Shown in pieces: positions 61,832 through 64,000 of a stretch of DNA of 64,000 nucleotides (within the stretch, counting starts at the first letter, position 1; the number at the start of each line of letters is the position of its first letter). The notes under the pieces were generated by a model. That model searched no databases and was not told the DNA's origin. It worked only from the letters and a program-made list of their open reading frames with translations. The translations under genes and the position numbers were made by a program. The DNA lies in the NCBI GenBank assembly GCA_048571215.1, contig CP182352.1, positions 2,400,001 to 2,464,000 of the forward strand, given 5' to 3'. The DNA comes from Halarcobacter sp. Its GTDB lineage: Bacteria > Campylobacterota > Campylobacteria > Campylobacterales > Arcobacteraceae.

Positions 61832-63208
61832 TTATCTATTACCAAAGAGTTTAGTCATAATAGTTTTATCACCATGGTTTATAATCTCTTTTTCCATTTT
61901 CTCTAATTTTTTTGCTTCTGATTTAGCTTTTTCTTTCCAGTATGCTAATTTTTGTGATATTGCTTCTGCATTTTCTATGCTATCAAATTTTGTTTTTAAA
62001 CCATTTAACTCTTCTTCTAAATCATCAATTTTTACTTCATAATTTACTTTTATTTGTTTACACTCTTTTTCATGCTCATCTATTAAATTATTAAGTTTTG
62101 TGTTTAGCTGTTTTATCTCAATTTTTAAATCTGAATTCTCTTTTGTAAGTCTCATTGTATGAGTTCTTTTATCATCTACATATTCAGAATCTTTGATATA
62201 TTTTTTTAGCTGCATCTTTAATCTTTTATTTTCTACAGTAAATTTTTCTGCTGTATAAATATATCTATCTTTATCTGCTTTTGCTTTTTGAACTTCATTT
62301 TTAAGTATTTCTATATCATCTTTTAAACGATTTATTGTTTGTTGTTGTTCAGCTACATTTGCTTTACTTTTAATAAAGATTTCACCCTTATCTTTTATAA
62401 GTGAGGTTTGAACTTCTCTTCTTTTTACAACCTCTTTAGTCTCATCTTTTTGTATCATCAAAGCCCCAGTTATCTGCCCATTATCATCTAAAGTAGAGAT
62501 AACTGTAGTATCTGAAATATAATACCCACCATCTTTTGTTATATTTTTGATTCTATCATTGAAAAAATTATTCTTTGATATTGAATCATAAATCTTTTCA
62601 TATATCTTTTTATCTAAATCGGGATGTTTTAAACTATTTAACTCTTTACCTATTAATTCATCTTTATCAAAACCTGTAATTTCACAAAAAAGATCATTTG
62701 TATAAGTTATATTCATATTCTTATCTATTTTTATAACTATATTATTATTATAAATAATATCTTTATACTTTTCTAACTCTTTGTTTTGTTGTTCAAGCAT
62801 AAACTTATTATAATCTCTTAAAGCTATCTCAGCTAAAATTGTCATAAGTTTTTTTATATCAATGGGTTTTATAATATACTCAGAAACCTTCAATTTTATG
62901 GCTTCTACAAGCAATTTACTATCTGAGTAAGCTGTAGCAAATATAACAGGAATATCTTTATTGGATTTTCTAATTTGGGAAATCATCTCTATACCTGAGA
63001 GTTTAGGCATATTTATATCAGCAATGATTACATCTATTCTATCTTTTTTCTCTTTATATAGCTCTAATCCCTCTAAGCCATTACTTGCAGTATATACAGT
63101 TTTAAAGAAGTTTGAAAAAAGTGATGACAACTCATTTTTAATATTTTCATCATCTTCTACATATAATATTCTTAATCTTTTTAAAAGTTCCCTATCAATA
63201 CTTGCCAT
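61832..63208 (-). CDS. Response regulator: REC-PAS-coiled coil
   Basis: YVEDD, DINMP, TA, KP; PAS (FCEITGF..DELIG); long K/E-rich helical tail. Confidence 0.88.
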   Translation of the reverse strand: MASIDRELLKRLRILYVEDDENIKNELSSLFSNFFKTVYTASNGLEGLELYKEKKDRIDVIIADINMPKLSGIEMISQIRKSNKDIPVIFATAYSDSKLLVEAIKLKVSEYIIKPIDIKKLMTILAEIALRDYNKFMLEQQNKELEKYKDIIYNNNIVIKIDKNMNITYTNDLFCEITGFDKDELIGKELNSLKHPDLDKKIYEKIYDSISKNNFFNDRIKNITKDGGYYISDTTVISTLDDNGQITGALMIQKDETKEVVKRREVQTSLIKDKGEIFIKSKANVAEQQQTINRLKDDIEILKNEVQKAKADKDRYIYTAEKFTVENKRLKMQLKKYIKDSEYVDDKRTHTMRLTKENSDLKIEIKQLNTKLNNLIDEHEKECKQIKVNYEVKIDDLEEELNGLKTKFDSIENAEAISQKLAYWKEKAKSEAKKLEKMEKEIINHGDKTIMTKLFGNR

Positions 63209-63214
63209 TATTGA

Positions 63215-63601
63215 CTAAACTTCCATTTGGGTAATCAAATCTATAAACTTTAAAAAATCAAATGGTTTTAAAAGATAATTATCAACTCCTAAATCTTTTG
63301 CTTTATTTATATAATCTGTTTCTGTATGAGCAGACATTATAATAACAGGAATATTGATATCTTTTTCATTCATCTTTTTTATCATATCTAAACCATTCAT
63401 AACTGGCATATTGATATCAGTAACAACAACTGAAATATCATCATTGTTTTCCATAAGAGTTAATGCCTCTTCTCCATTTGTTGCTGTTAAAAAATCTGCT
63501 TGTAGTTTTGTCAAAGTATCAGTAATAATCTCTATTAAATCCTCTTCATCCTCTACAAAAAGCAGTTTTAATTTTCTAAGTTTATCAATTTTTTCTTGCA
63601 T
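63215..63601 (-). CDS. Single-domain response regulator
   Basis: FVEDE, TDINMP, SA, KP. Confidence 0.9.
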   Translation of the reverse strand: MQEKIDKLRKLKLLFVEDEEDLIEIITDTLTKLQADFLTATNGEEALTLMENNDDISVVVTDINMPVMNGLDMIKKMNEKDINIPVIIMSAHTETDYINKAKDLGVDNYLLKPFDFLKFIDLITQMEV

Positions 63602-63607
63602 TAGGTC

Positions 63608-64000
63608 CTAATCTTTCAACTCGTCTTTATGAACTACCGATTCTATATCCATAATAACAAGCATTTGGTTATTATTTAATCTTACAAAACCTTTTAAATA
63701 TTTTGATGGTATTGCCGACCCCATATCAGAAACAGGAGCAAGGGTTGAAGTATCTAATCTTTGTACATCATCAACTTTATCAACAATAATACCAACCATT
63801 CTTTTATCTTTTGTTATAACTGCAATTACTGCTGTATTTTCATCGTAAACAGGAGCTCCGGTTTTAAATTTAATTCTAATATCCAAGATAGGAACAACTT
63901 CACCTCTTAAATTTATTAAACCTTTTACCCATTGAGTAGTATTAGGTAAGGTAGTAATATTATCTGGATAAGTTAATATCTCTCTAATTTTAGGTAACTC
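63608..64000 (-). CDS. cheW: CheW coupling protein, 5' end beyond window
   Basis: Frame open to window end: ELPKIREIL...WVKGLINLRGEVVPILD...GIIVDKV. Confidence 0.9.
   Translation of the reverse strand, partial: ELPKIREILTYPDNITTLPNTTQWVKGLINLRGEVVPILDIRIKFKTGAPVYDENTAVIAVITKDKRMVGIIVDKVDDVQRLDTSTLAPVSDMGSAIPSKYLKGFVRLNNNQMLVIMDIESVVHKDELKD

Overview
Very AT-rich bacterial chromosome segment whose gene content and order (prmA-ftsH, sppA-aminofutalosine deaminase-aroQ, dksA-rlmH-thiE-accD-metK-glmS, MutS with C-terminal HNH) point to Campylobacterota, most likely Arcobacteraceae. It is mostly housekeeping DNA, about 58 CDS; I recognised no tRNA/rRNA, transposase, integrase or cas gene. The most notable signals are: (1) an unannotated 25-aa Leu-rich leader peptide with a perfect sigma70 promoter and a G-free tract upstream of leuA; (2) a CowN-like gene inside an ackA/AraC/pta/ackA acetate locus next to a DUF294 nucleotidyltransferase-exonuclease pair; (3) two different MnmA classes in tandem, separated by a 150-bp decayed copy of the folK 3' end; (4) a stand-alone promoter-SD-7-codon ORF-terminator unit; (5) an A15-frameshifted, internally duplicated CheW-domain protein; (6) a K+ channel/TrkA/2xDUF1538-PII fusion/thioredoxin/haem protein/MutS-HNH operon; (7) several structured repeats (ERIC-like after lepA, 86-bp tandem after groEL, 4x13 bp at the metK start). 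Family calls come from motif recognition by eye, not database searches.
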